Shown here piece after piece: positions 24,633 to 34,433 of a stretch of DNA of 64,000 bases. The stretch is from Chitinophaga pinensis. GTDB taxonomy: Bacteria > Bacteroidota > Bacteroidia > UKL13-3. The notes beneath the pieces are model-generated. The model did not search any database, was not told where the DNA came from, and worked only from the letters and a program-made list of their open reading frames with translations. A program made the translations under genes and the position numbers. The stretch's first letter is position 1. Each line of letters begins with the position of its first letter. The stretch is taken from NCBI GenBank assembly GCA_945860865.1, contig CAMARW010000001.1, positions 136,154 to 200,153 on the forward strand, given 5' to 3'.

Positions 24633-26210
24633 TTATTCAGAAATAGTATGAAACTCAATATCTGGGTAATCGTTTTTAGATAAAGTTACATTCCATTCGC
24701 TTTCGGCTAAGAATACGGGGTTGCCTTCTTTATCGTGCACAATGGCGTAAGATTTTCTATGCATAAAGGTGTCGAGCATTTTTTTATCGCTGCAAGTTAC
24801 CCAGAACGCTTTCCAAAATTTAAGCGGAATAAAAGCACATTTTGCGCCATATTCATGTTCAAGTCTAAATTGAATTACTTCAAATTGTAGCTCGCCCACG
24901 GTGCCAATTATTTTTCTATTTCCTGGATTTTGAATAAACAACTGCGCCACACCTTCTTCGCTTAATTGCGAGATACCCTTTTCTAGCTGTTTAGTTTTCA
25001 TGGGGTCGCGGTTTTCTAACTCCTTAAAGATTTCGGGCGAAAAGCTGGGAATTCCTTTAAAATGGAGGTTTTCTCCTTCTGTTAAGGTGTCGCCAATTTT
25101 AAAATTACCGCTATCGTATAAACCAATTACATCGCCCGGATATGCCTCACTGGTAAGTATTTTTTCGTTGGCCATAAAGGTGGCAGGGTTGGCAAATTTT
25201 AGCTTTTTGTTGGTACGCGTGTGGTAGTAAAACGTATTGCGTTCAAACTTGCCAGAGCATATACGCATAAAGGCAATTCTATCTCTGTGGTTAGGGTCTA
25301 GGTTGGCGTGTATCTTAAAAACAAAACCGCTTAGTTTGGGCTCATCTGCGGCCACCATGCGCTCTAGCGCTTCGCGGTTGCGCGGACTAGGAGCAATTTC
25401 CAAGAAAGTTTCGAGTAATTCTTGTATGCCAAAATTATTAATGGCCGATCCAAAAAATACAGGAGCCAACAAACCACTTTGATACAATTCGATATCAAAG
25501 GGTTCAAAAACACCGTTTATTAAATCAACATCTTCACGCAGTTTTTGCGTGTCTTTTATGCTCACATAATTTAAAATCTCGTCACCGTTAACATCGGCAA
25601 TGTTTATTACCTCATCTGCCAGTTGGGTTTTGTTCGATTCAAATAAATTTAAGCTGTTTCTATATAAATTATATACACCCTTAAAAGTGGCACCTTGGTT
25701 GATAGGCCAAGTGAGTGGCCTAGTTTGTATGTGCAGGGTTTGGTCAATTTCTTCAATTAAATCAAAGGGGTCTTTCCCCTCGCGGTCCATTTTATTAATA
25801 AAAATAATTACCGGAGTATTGCGCATGCGGCAAACTTCTACCAAACGTTTGGTTTGCTCTTCTACCCCTTTCACAGAATCTATCACTAAAATCACACTGT
25901 CAACCGCCGTTAAGGTTCGGTAAGTATCTTCTGCAAAATCTTTGTGGCCAGGTGTATCTAAAATATTTACACGCTTATCTAAATATTCAAAAGCCATAAC
26001 CGAAGTAGCTACCGAGATACCACGTTGTTTTTCTATTTCCATAAAATCGGAAGTAGATGTTTTCTTTATCTTGTTACTTTTAACAGCGCCTGCCACCTGA
26101 ATGGCTCCGCCAAATAATAGAAACTTTTCTGTTAAAGTTGTTTTTCCCGCATCTGGGTGAGAAATAATCGCGAAGGTTTTTCTCTTATCAATTTCTTTTT
26201 TAAGACTCAT
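24633..26210 (-). CDS. prfC: Peptide chain release factor 3
   Basis: 525 aa with the GTPase motifs [19 protein letters not shown] and NKMD. Length and overall pattern fit RF3. Confidence 0.95.
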   Translation of the reverse strand: MSLKKEIDKRKTFAIISHPDAGKTTLTEKFLLFGGAIQVAGAVKSNKIKKTSTSDFMEIEKQRGISVATSVMAFEYLDKRVNILDTPGHKDFAEDTYRTLTAVDSVILVIDSVKGVEEQTKRLVEVCRMRNTPVIIFINKMDREGKDPFDLIEEIDQTLHIQTRPLTWPINQGATFKGVYNLYRNSLNLFESNKTQLADEVINIADVNGDEILNYVSIKDTQKLREDVDLINGVFEPFDIELYQSGLLAPVFFGSAINNFGIQELLETFLEIAPSPRNREALERMVAADEPKLSGFVFKIHANLDPNHRDRIAFMRICSGKFERNTFYYHTRTNKKLKFANPATFMANEKILTSEAYPGDVIGLYDSGNFKIGDTLTEGENLHFKGIPSFSPEIFKELENRDPMKTKQLEKGISQLSEEGVAQLFIQNPGNRKIIGTVGELQFEVIQFRLEHEYGAKCAFIPLKFWKAFWVTCSDKKMLDTFMHRKSYAIVHDKEGNPVFLAESEWNVTLSKNDYPDIEFHTISE

Positions 26211-26323
26211 GTGTGTTATAATTGCCTAACTTGGCGCCAACAAAGGCTTTAAAGTTGGCCTGCGAAAGTATTGCTTTTCAATCTTTTTTCTAGATTAGTA
26301 ATTCAACATCGTAAAATGTTGAC

Positions 26324-28474
26324 TTATATAAATTGTATTACTTTCAACCCATACTTAAAAATTAAATAGCTTATTATGCTAATGGTAAGTAATATAAACA
26401 AAGCTAGTTTCCATGGTTTCACCCTTTTTTTGCTAAAGGGGTCGTTTAGGTTTAATTCTGCATCAATGGGCATGCTGGCTATTTGAGTAAGTAGGTTTCC
26501 AAATTTAATATTTACTGTAGCGCGTGCATTAATTGCCCATCCATTGGCATCTAGAAGTGGAGCTAAATTACGCTTCCTTAGTTTAAGATAAGCTATAAGC
26601 ATAGAGGGGCCAGATATAAGTAATATGATACCCAAAATAGCCAAAGGTATTTTCCACCAAATAAGGGCCATAAATCCACCAATAAGCGATGCTAATGCAC
26701 CTCCTAAGGCTCCAAGGGCTAAACTTATAGCAGCAAAAATTCCTACAAATTTGCCAATATCAAAAGGTGTTGCTGGCGCAGTGGGTTTTTCTGCACTTTC
26801 TTTTGCATTTTCTGTGGCTTTGATAATTTTATTGTTGGCTTCAAGCTGCTCCTTATTATCTTGTGCTATTGCAAAATTATTAACTTGTGTACTTATAAAG
26901 TTTGATATCTTTCTGTAAGGCGTAAAAAAGGCTTGTCTTATACTAATAGGGTTGTCTATAATTTTTATGATGGTAGCATCCCAATCTTGCCCACTTCTAT
27001 CGTAAAACAAAGCGTTTCTTCCTACAATTAAATTATCTATATCGCCATTGGTAAGGGCGGCTACAATAATCATTTCTTCAGAAGTTGATTTAGAGACACA
27101 TTTACAATAAATCAAAAACATACCACTAAAACTTACCAAAGCATTATGCCTATCCATATCGTTTACCTTTAAACATAAATCACAACTTCTTTGGTCTATA
27201 AAAAGGGTGCCCGATTGAAAAATTGCTTTTTTGCCAGGTAAGTAAAAATCATTAAAGCTTACAAAATTCCTTAGTAGTGTAAATAAGTCTCTGTTATAAT
27301 GAGCTAATTTATTAACAAGCATAATACTTTCTGCCTCTTTGTTTAGGGCAGAGTCTTCAATCATTAGTTGGGCTAATTCTGCCCTATAATTACTGTGCAG
27401 AATTTCCTTTATTCTAAACATGCCTAATGTGGCCACTTCATTTCCTGTTTCTTTATTGCGCCATTGCTCATAGCCAGTAAAGGTAACTTTGAGCGCATGC
27501 CAAGCAGTTTCTGTAAGGGTTTCTTGGTTCGAACCAAATAGGATTTGCGAAAATTGCTTCAGTTCATTTTGCCAAATGGGATTAATGCCCACCTTTAAGT
27601 TAAGTGCCTTGCCTGCTTCAATTTTAGCTAATGGATAATTGCGCATTTCATCCATTTTAAAGTTTAAATCTTCATTCGCAATGTCTGCCACACGGGCATT
27701 TAATTGGTTAAGTATGTTAGTTGTTTCTGGGTCAAATGCAGCTAAATTACACCTTAAAAAGAAATCATCTATTTTAGATTTTACAGCTAAATAAGCTTGG
27801 TGCGCATTTGGTGTATCTATGCCAAATGGCATTATTTCGGAGGCCTTTTCTTGTGCTTCTATTTGCCATGAATAATAGTTTTCACAGGCCTCAAAAAAAG
27901 TTTGAAGCAGTTCCAAATCTATTCCATATTTACCGCCTCTATCTTGTTTTGAACCCACAGTTAAGCAGATTTCTTCGATTAATTGCTGTAGCTCATTGCG
28001 GCGCGTGCTGTCTGTAGTGATAATGCCATCTCCATTAAAAGATGTGCCAGCAAAAATCTTCACAATATCTAGGGTGTCTTCAATGGCAATGTAATCTTGA
28101 TCCCTTTTTCCAAGGTTATTTAAAATTGTTTTGGCACTTGCGTAAATCTCTTTGCCTTCAATTGTTTCTGTATTAATGGCGTCTAAATAAAGGTAACTAG
28201 ACCCAGCTAATAAATCATCTGGGTTTTTCAACAGGTTTAATACCCATTTTACAGCCGCTAAAATTTCGGGAACCCTAATTTTTTGGTCATTATTGGTATC
28301 AATTAATTGCAGGGTTTGTGGATCAATTTCTAATCCATTTACTGGGCAGCTTAGGGCTGTCCACAGTTTTTGATCTAATGTTTCTAAGGCCAATAAATCT
28401 GCACCCGAATCTAAATTAACGCGCTTAACTCCGCCAATGGTGGCGAATCGCCAAATATGATTGTTGGTTTCCAT
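26324..28474 (-). CDS. Large conserved-looking hypothetical protein: soluble N-terminal ~560 aa with EF-hand-like loops, and C-terminal multi-TM anchor
   Basis: 716 aa. DTNNDQKIRVPE fits a DxNxDxxIxxxE calcium loop, and there is a second NGDGIITTD loop. The C-terminal part has Gly/Ala-rich TM segments (FVGIFAAISLALGALGGALASLIGGFMALIWWKIPLAILGIILLISGP) and a final TM. Confidence 0.6.
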   Translation of the reverse strand: METNNHIWRFATIGGVKRVNLDSGADLLALETLDQKLWTALSCPVNGLEIDPQTLQLIDTNNDQKIRVPEILAAVKWVLNLLKNPDDLLAGSSYLYLDAINTETIEGKEIYASAKTILNNLGKRDQDYIAIEDTLDIVKIFAGTSFNGDGIITTDSTRRNELQQLIEEICLTVGSKQDRGGKYGIDLELLQTFFEACENYYSWQIEAQEKASEIMPFGIDTPNAHQAYLAVKSKIDDFFLRCNLAAFDPETTNILNQLNARVADIANEDLNFKMDEMRNYPLAKIEAGKALNLKVGINPIWQNELKQFSQILFGSNQETLTETAWHALKVTFTGYEQWRNKETGNEVATLGMFRIKEILHSNYRAELAQLMIEDSALNKEAESIMLVNKLAHYNRDLFTLLRNFVSFNDFYLPGKKAIFQSGTLFIDQRSCDLCLKVNDMDRHNALVSFSGMFLIYCKCVSKSTSEEMIIVAALTNGDIDNLIVGRNALFYDRSGQDWDATIIKIIDNPISIRQAFFTPYRKISNFISTQVNNFAIAQDNKEQLEANNKIIKATENAKESAEKPTAPATPFDIGKFVGIFAAISLALGALGGALASLIGGFMALIWWKIPLAILGIILLISGPSMLIAYLKLRKRNLAPLLDANGWAINARATVNIKFGNLLTQIASMPIDAELNLNDPFSKKRVKPWKLALFILLTISIISYLIFKYGLKVIQFI

Positions 28475-28760
28475 AGTAAATTCTTATTTGGCCTGAACCA
28501 AATTATCAGAGCAAGTTAATCTTTGCTGTTTAATTAGACAAATTTGGTTTTTGCTTGTTTGTGTTTATCGGTGTTTACTAGTTTTTCTACACGTCTTTTT
28601 ACAAAGATTATCATGTGTATAATTATAGGCATAAATTAAGTATTAGTAAAAGAAAATCAGTGCTTTATAAAGTTATTGGTGCTTTTACAGCTTAATAGTG
28701 CTTCTTATTTTAGGATTTTAATAGCTGTTTTTATCCAATATAAGGGGGCATATTTTTCGA

Positions 28761-28832
28761 TGTTTACTAATTTTAGTACAAGGGTGTTTACTAATTTCGC
28801 TACATTTGCGTTTACTAATATTGTTCCGGTTT
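28761..28832. repeat. Three contiguous 24-bp direct repeats with core (T/C)GTTTACTAAT; candidate operator or iteron array upstream of fic
   Basis: Units are tgtttactaattttagtacaaggg (28761), tgtttactaatttcgctacatttg (28785) and cgtttactaatattgttccggttt (28809). A further copy, GTGTTTACTAGTTTTTCTAC, lies at 28571-28590, and a degenerate GTGTTTATCG lies at 28561. Confidence 0.7.
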
Positions 28833-28889
28833 TAAATACTACATTTATAACCTATTTTTAAACTCAGTTTGGTGTATAATTAATTAAGA

Positions 28890-30467
28890 ATGGCAACTTC
28901 AAATTCCCTTTTTGCGGAAGCATTAAAAGTGCTAAAAAGTATTCAAGATAATGCTGTTGTTGGGATTCATACTACTGATATTCCCAAAGACATTTATCGT
29001 AAAATATTGCTTAAAGAGGGCTTTTTGCGTGAGGTTACTAAAGGTTGGTATATTGCTTGCAATCCAGCCGAAAAGTATGGCGAAACCAGCTCTTGGTATA
29101 GCTCTTATTGGGATTTTATAGGGCAATATTTAAATCATAAGTATGGAGATAATTGGTGTGTATCCGCCGATCAGTCGGTTTTGTTACACGCAGGTAATTG
29201 GTCTGTACCCCAACAACTATTTGTTCGGTCGCCGCTTGGAAACAATAATCCTACGCCGCTCCCCAATCGAATATCTTTGTTTAATTTGAAAACTGCTTTG
29301 CCTCCAACTTATCAAATGTTGGTGATTAGGGGAATAAGGGTATATAAGTTACAGTCCTCGCTCATATATAGCACTCCATCATTGTATGCTCACAATCCCA
29401 TAGATGCGCGCACTGCTTTATCTTTAATAAGGGATGCTTCTGAGGTTTTGCCTATATTGTTGGAGAATGGTCATACCACCATTGCAGGTCGTTTAGCAGG
29501 GGCTTTCCGAAATATTAAGCGAGAATCTATTGCCAATCAAATTTTGGATACCTTTAAGCAAGCGTATTATGAAATGAGAGAAGATGATCCGTTTGCAACT
29601 AAGTTAGCCATTGATTTTAATTCGAGAGAGCGTTCTCCTTATGCCACACGTATTAGGCTCATGTGGATGGAAATGAGGGAGGTGGTGATAGCACATTTCC
29701 CTCCTGCACCTGGTTTACCTGCAAGTAAAGACGATTTTATTCAGTCGATTGAAGATATTTATATTACCGATGCCTACCATTCTTTATCTATCGAAAAGTA
29801 CAAAGTTACTCCTCAATTAATTGAAAAAGTAAGTTCTGGAAAATGGGATGCCAAGGAGAATGAGCAAGATAAACAGCAAAAAGATGCCATGGCTGCAAGA
29901 GGATATTATCAGTGTTTTCAGTCGGTTAAAGGATCTATACATGCCATTTTAGAGGATGCTAATGCGGGTGCGCAAGTAAATAAGGATCATGCAAAATGGT
30001 ACAGAGAATTGTTCGACCCAAGCGTAGCCTCGGGCTTATTAAAAGCTTCGGATTTGTCGGGTTACAGAAACCACCAAGTATATATAGGAAACTCTAAACA
30101 TGTACCCCTTCCTGTAGATGCCATGCGCGATGCCATGCCAGTGCTTTTTGAGTTATTAGAACAAGAGCCGGAGGCTTCTGTGCGTGCCGTATTAGGGCAT
30201 TTTATTTTTGTTTTTATTCATCCATATATGGATGGCAACGGGAGAATTGGAAGATTTCTAATGAATGCTATGTTGGCTTCTGGTGGGTATACCTGGACGG
30301 TTATTCCGGTAGAATCGAGGAATGAATATATGTACACTTTAGAAAAAGCAAGTGCCGAACAAAACATTGTGCCTTTTGTTAAATTTCTGGCCTATTTGGT
30401 TACAGAGAGTTTGTCTGGTAACGTGGTGGCAGAACTTCCAGCTTATTATAGTCGAATGAATGATTAA
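28890..30467 (+). CDS. Fic-family protein (AMPylase-type fold) with a long N-terminal extension
   Basis: 525 aa. The Fic core HPYMDGNGRIGR matches HxFx(D/E)GNGRxxR with F replaced by Y. Confidence 0.85.
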   Translation: MATSNSLFAEALKVLKSIQDNAVVGIHTTDIPKDIYRKILLKEGFLREVTKGWYIACNPAEKYGETSSWYSSYWDFIGQYLNHKYGDNWCVSADQSVLLHAGNWSVPQQLFVRSPLGNNNPTPLPNRISLFNLKTALPPTYQMLVIRGIRVYKLQSSLIYSTPSLYAHNPIDARTALSLIRDASEVLPILLENGHTTIAGRLAGAFRNIKRESIANQILDTFKQAYYEMREDDPFATKLAIDFNSRERSPYATRIRLMWMEMREVVIAHFPPAPGLPASKDDFIQSIEDIYITDAYHSLSIEKYKVTPQLIEKVSSGKWDAKENEQDKQQKDAMAARGYYQCFQSVKGSIHAILEDANAGAQVNKDHAKWYRELFDPSVASGLLKASDLSGYRNHQVYIGNSKHVPLPVDAMRDAMPVLFELLEQEPEASVRAVLGHFIFVFIHPYMDGNGRIGRFLMNAMLASGGYTWTVIPVESRNEYMYTLEKASAEQNIVPFVKFLAYLVTESLSGNVVAELPAYYSRMND

Positions 30468-30539
30468 CTTTTGATTTACTTATTCTATACCAATACTAGT
30501 GCGCTTCACCTACCTTTGCGACCTTAAATTACAGAAATT

Positions 30540-33023
30540 TTGAAGTTTGATATTACAAGTATACATCTACCCATAACTGCCATTGTTTCTGATGTTAAAA
30601 CGCAGTTATTAAATCAAAATACGCTTTTGGTTCAAGCCCCGCCTGGAGCTGGTAAAAGCACCATATTGCCGCTCGCTCTCTTGGATGAACCTTATTTGCA
30701 AGGAAAGAAAATTATAGTTTTAGAGCCTCGCCGTTTGGCTACGCGTAGCATTGCTTATCGTTTGGCAGAGCTATTAAACGAAGAGATTGGTGAAACGGTA
30801 GGCTATCGCATTCGTTTCGAAAGCAGGGTAGGTCCAAACAATAAAATTATAGTGGTTACAGAGGGCATTCTTACGCGTATGCTGCAATCTGATAATGCAT
30901 TGGAGGAGGTAGGCTTGGTTATTTTTGATGAGTTTCATGAGCGTAGCATTCATGCCGATTTATCTTTGGCTTTATGCAGAGAATCGCAGCAAGTTTTAAG
31001 GCCAGATTTACGCATTCTTATTATGAGCGCAACTTTAAATGCGCAGGCTATAAACGAACAATTGCAAGCGCCTGTTTTAACCAGTGAGGGCAAACAATAT
31101 CCGGTAGATATTTTCTATGCGGGCGAGCAAGATGATAGGATGCTGCCAGAAATGACAGCACGTTTGGTGCTAGAAGCAGCTAAAAAACATGTGGGCGATA
31201 TCTTGGTATTTTTGCCGGGTGAAGGAAATATCAGAAAAACAGCAGAATTACTGCAATCAGGTACGCGCGAGTTTGCCATTCATCCTTTATATGGCATGTT
31301 GCCGCAAGCCCAGCAATATGCCGCTATTATGCCCAATAAATCGGGTAAAAGGAAACTTGTTTTGGCTACTTCCATTGCCGAAACAAGTTTAACTATTGAA
31401 GGGGTTAAAATTGTAATCGACTCTGGCTTTAGTAAAATGCAACGGTTTGATCCAAAAAGTGGTTTGAGCCGATTGGAAACGATACAAATTGCCAAAGATT
31501 CTGCCGATCAACGTGCGGGTAGGGCAGGTAGGTTAAGTGCAGGTGTGTGTTATAGAATGTGGACACCCGCTACGCAAGCTCGCTTACAAGCGCACCGTGT
31601 GCCCGAAATTATGGAGGCAGATTTAGCACCCTTGTTGCTCGATTTAGCTCAGTGGGGAATAACAGAAATTCATCAGCTTAATTGGATCAGCCAGCCCCCA
31701 AAAGCACATGTGGCACAGGCAAAAGAGGTATTGGAGCAAATTGGGGCTTTGGCCAATAATAAAATTACTGAGCATGGTAAACAAATTCACCAGTTGGCTT
31801 GTCACCCTCGGATTGCCCACATGCTGCTTTTAGCGCCCAATTTAACTGCCAAACAATTGGCTTGCGATGTGGCTGCGGTACTCGAAGAAAGAGATCCGCT
31901 GGGAAGAGATGCGGGTATAGATATTAATTTAAGGGTGGAGGCGCTGCGCCGCGCTAGGCAAAATAATATGCTTAGTAAAGGATTTAGTAGAATAGAAAAA
32001 GTAGCAGAATCGTATCGTAGGCTGTTGGCAATTGATGCAAACAATGGTGCGTATGATGCTTTTGAAACGGGACTGTTACTAGCGTATGCTTATCCAGAGC
32101 GTATTGCATGTGCTAGGGTTGGCAATAATGCCCAGTTTCAATTGGCTAATGGCAAAATTGCTGCGGCCGGACACAGAGATGATTTGGCACATGAGCCTTG
32201 GTTGGCGGTTGCTAATATGGATACGCGGGATGGTTTGGGTAAAATCTTTTTAGCTGCTCCGCTTAATCCTACCGATTTAAGGAGCCTGGTTAAAACAGTA
32301 GAGGTTGTTACCTGGGATACTAGAAAAGGGGGCTTAATAGCTAGCACAGATTTGCGTATTGGGAGCATTGTTTTGCAATCTAAACCATTGGCACAGGTAG
32401 ATAAAAATTTAGCCGTGAATGCGATTTGTAAAGCCCTACAAAATGAGGGTAAGCAATTACTTGATTTTGATGACCAAGTAACCCAACTCCAAAACAGGAT
32501 ATTGAGTTTAGGTATTTGGAACCCCGAAGAAAATTGGCCAAATGTGGGTTCTGAAAATCTATTGCAAAACCCGGCATTATGGCTGGCACCATTTTTACTA
32601 GATGTAAAGCGCATTGATGATTGTAAGAAAATTGATTTGGTTCAGGCCATATTAAGTATTTTACCCTATGAAATGCAGCTTAAGTTAAACACCTTAGCTC
32701 CTGCAAAAATAACTGTTCCTAGCGGTTCGGCTATTGCTATAGGCTATTTTGAAAGGGGCGAAACGCCGGTGCTTGCAGTTCGTTTACAGGAGGTGTTTGG
32801 CTTGCCAGATACACCCAAAATAAATGCCGGCAAAACAGCAGTCGTTTTACATTTGCTTTCGCCCGGGTTTAAACCTGTGCAAGTTACATCAGACCTCAGA
32901 AGCTTTTGGGATAATACCTATCATGAGGTTAAAAAAGAGCTTAAACGCAGGTATCCAAAACATGCTTGGCCAGACGATCCATGGAGTGAGAAACCGGTGG
33001 CAAAGGGTAAGCCTCGAACTTAG
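30540..33023 (+). CDS. hrpB: ATP-dependent DEAH-box RNA helicase HrpB
   Basis: 827 aa with a TTG start. It carries PPGAGKST, FDEFHERS, SATL and QRAGRAGR, plus the HrpB-type C-terminal domain. Confidence 0.9.
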   Translation: MKFDITSIHLPITAIVSDVKTQLLNQNTLLVQAPPGAGKSTILPLALLDEPYLQGKKIIVLEPRRLATRSIAYRLAELLNEEIGETVGYRIRFESRVGPNNKIIVVTEGILTRMLQSDNALEEVGLVIFDEFHERSIHADLSLALCRESQQVLRPDLRILIMSATLNAQAINEQLQAPVLTSEGKQYPVDIFYAGEQDDRMLPEMTARLVLEAAKKHVGDILVFLPGEGNIRKTAELLQSGTREFAIHPLYGMLPQAQQYAAIMPNKSGKRKLVLATSIAETSLTIEGVKIVIDSGFSKMQRFDPKSGLSRLETIQIAKDSADQRAGRAGRLSAGVCYRMWTPATQARLQAHRVPEIMEADLAPLLLDLAQWGITEIHQLNWISQPPKAHVAQAKEVLEQIGALANNKITEHGKQIHQLACHPRIAHMLLLAPNLTAKQLACDVAAVLEERDPLGRDAGIDINLRVEALRRARQNNMLSKGFSRIEKVAESYRRLLAIDANNGAYDAFETGLLLAYAYPERIACARVGNNAQFQLANGKIAAAGHRDDLAHEPWLAVANMDTRDGLGKIFLAAPLNPTDLRSLVKTVEVVTWDTRKGGLIASTDLRIGSIVLQSKPLAQVDKNLAVNAICKALQNEGKQLLDFDDQVTQLQNRILSLGIWNPEENWPNVGSENLLQNPALWLAPFLLDVKRIDDCKKIDLVQAILSILPYEMQLKLNTLAPAKITVPSGSAIAIGYFERGETPVLAVRLQEVFGLPDTPKINAGKTAVVLHLLSPGFKPVQVTSDLRSFWDNTYHEVKKELKRRYPKHAWPDDPWSEKPVAKGKPRT

Positions 33024-33172
33024 GCGGAATTATTGCCGTATTTAGATTAGAAAGTGCGCCTTAGTGCTGTTATGTAAATTACACAATGTAAACGCATTGC
33101 ATATTATTATTAAATATAAATAGAATTTTTTTGGATAAATGATACTAAATCTTAATTTTGCCCTCCCCTAAT

Positions 33173-33245
33173 GGTGCGGTAGCTCAGTCGGTAGAGCAAA
33201 AGACTGAAAATCTTTGTGTCGGGGGTTCGATTCCCTCCCACACCA
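33173..33245 (+). tRNA. tRNA-Phe (anticodon GAA)
   Basis: Hand-folded 73-nt cloverleaf. Acceptor GGTGCGG/CCACACC has one C-A mismatch. The D arm is GCTC-AGTCGGTA-GAGC. The anticodon stem is AAAGA/TCTTT with loop CTGAAAA. The variable loop is GTGTC and the T arm is GGGGG-TTCGATT-CCCTC. The discriminator is A and no CCA is encoded. Confidence 0.9.
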
Positions 33246-33257
33246 CAAATAGAAAAC

Positions 33258-33296
33258 AAAAAGCCCTGAATATTAAGTTATTCAGGGCTTTTTTAT
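33258..33296 (+). terminator. Rho-independent terminator after tRNA-Phe
   Basis: Perfect 11-bp stem AGCCCTGAATA (33262-33272) / TATTCAGGGCT (33279-33289) with loop TTAAGT, followed by TTTTTT. Confidence 0.65.
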
Positions 33297-33563
33297 TGGT
33301 TTACCAATATCATTTAATGGGTAACTGAAATAAACGGATTCTGCCAGACATACTTAATGACTGTTTTACAATTAATTTAGGTGATAAATAAATCACAAAT
33401 TGGTTATTGAAGACTTTATTACCAAAAAAATGAAAATGTTTAACACAAATTATTTTCGTTTTACTGAGATTGTTTAAAACTTAAAATTTTTTTAGGAAAT
33501 TATATTAAATGCAAATTTTTATTACATTTGGTAAATTTTAATATCAAAAATAATATAAATAAC

Positions 33564-34136
33564 ATGAAATATTTTTTCACAACTTTATCTTTAATCACAC
33601 TTACCATTGTAGTAAATGCTCAGACCCAAAAAGATAGAATGCGAATTATGATAGGTATTGGTGCACCCAATATACCTGCTGCTGTATTAGAAAATGTAGA
33701 TACGAAAACAGGGCCACTGCAAATTGGCTACAAAGTTTTTTTAACGCCACGATTGAGTGTTGGTTTGTTATATAACTATTCAAGTGCAAAAACAAAACCT
33801 GCTTTGAGTTACACTGAAAATTTTACACCCTATATCTTTTCATCAAATGTTAAGTTCAATACTTTTTTATCGCAACTAGATTTTGCTTGGATTAATAAAC
33901 CCAATTATAATTGGTATTCAGGTGTGAGTTTAGGGTGGGTTAATTCATCTTACCAATATAATTTAATTGATGGTAATGTAGATATAGATGAAAAGGTAAA
34001 AACAAGAGGATCGGCATATCACATAACATTGGTTGGTTACCATGGAACTTTAGGAAAAGGAATTGGTGTGTATTCTGAATTGGGATTTGGATTTAATGGG
34101 ATTTGGAATGGTGGTTTTACTTATTCATTTAATTAG
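33564..34136 (+). CDS. Small outer-membrane beta-barrel protein (OmpW/porin-family-like)
   Basis: The ORF begins at 33528. The ATG at 33564 gives signal peptide MKYFFTTLSLITLTIVVNAQ. The rest is alternating aromatic/Gly-rich strands, ending in Phe-Asn. Confidence 0.5.
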   Translation: MKYFFTTLSLITLTIVVNAQTQKDRMRIMIGIGAPNIPAAVLENVDTKTGPLQIGYKVFLTPRLSVGLLYNYSSAKTKPALSYTENFTPYIFSSNVKFNTFLSQLDFAWINKPNYNWYSGVSLGWVNSSYQYNLIDGNVDIDEKVKTRGSAYHITLVGYHGTLGKGIGVYSELGFGFNGIWNGGFTYSFN

Positions 34137-34433
34137 TAAAATTTTAGCTAATTGACTTTTGTTGGTTTAAAAATAAATAAAACCAAATTACCCTCTGCAA
34201 TAGTCAAATAGTTATATCATAACCCATTGTTTATTGCGAATAATTGCAATAGCGCATAAATTATTTTCGTAACTTTTTTTTCGGCTACGGCCTTAAACGA
34301 TACGTATCTTATTCTTTATTCAAAACCACGCAGGTTGTGGGTCGAGCTGAATTAGTTTTAAAAGGAATGATCACAAAGGAGGGACAGGGAAAATCAACAG
34401 GGTATTTTGTGGTTTAATAAGATAGATTTTGTT

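Noticed and set aside
24633-26210. Programmed frameshift in a release-factor gene.
   Set aside because: That phenomenon belongs to prfB (RF2). This gene is prfC (RF3) and reads as one uninterrupted ORF.
28761-28832. Possible CRISPR array.
   Set aside because: There are only three contiguous 24-bp units, with no spacers between them and no cas genes. No CRISPR array is present anywhere in the window.
28676-28861. 61-aa ORF in the fic upstream region.
   Set aside because: Its reading frame is simply the translation of the 24-bp tandem DNA repeats (…FTNFSTRVFTNFATFAFTNI…). It is better explained as a regulatory repeat array.
32138-32614. 158-aa minus-strand ORF inside hrpB, together with similar antisense ORFs inside prfC (25000-25923), the 1760-aa gene, SusC/SusD and sprA.
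   Set aside because: All are nested antisense within genes that have strong family motifs. None has a recognisable domain or a plausible promoter and start.
33173-33245. The C5-A68 mismatch in the tRNA-Phe acceptor stem raised the possibility of a pseudo-tRNA.
   Set aside because: All other stems, the U33/GAA anticodon loop, the TTCGATT T-loop and the downstream terminator are canonical. A single acceptor mismatch is tolerated in bona fide tRNAs.
34283-34417. Annotating the start-less frame …ELVLKGMITKEGQGKSTGYFVV* as a pseudogene feature.
   Set aside because: The only support is about 45 codons with a weak winged-helix-like flavour and no paralog in the window to align against. I mention it in a finding instead.
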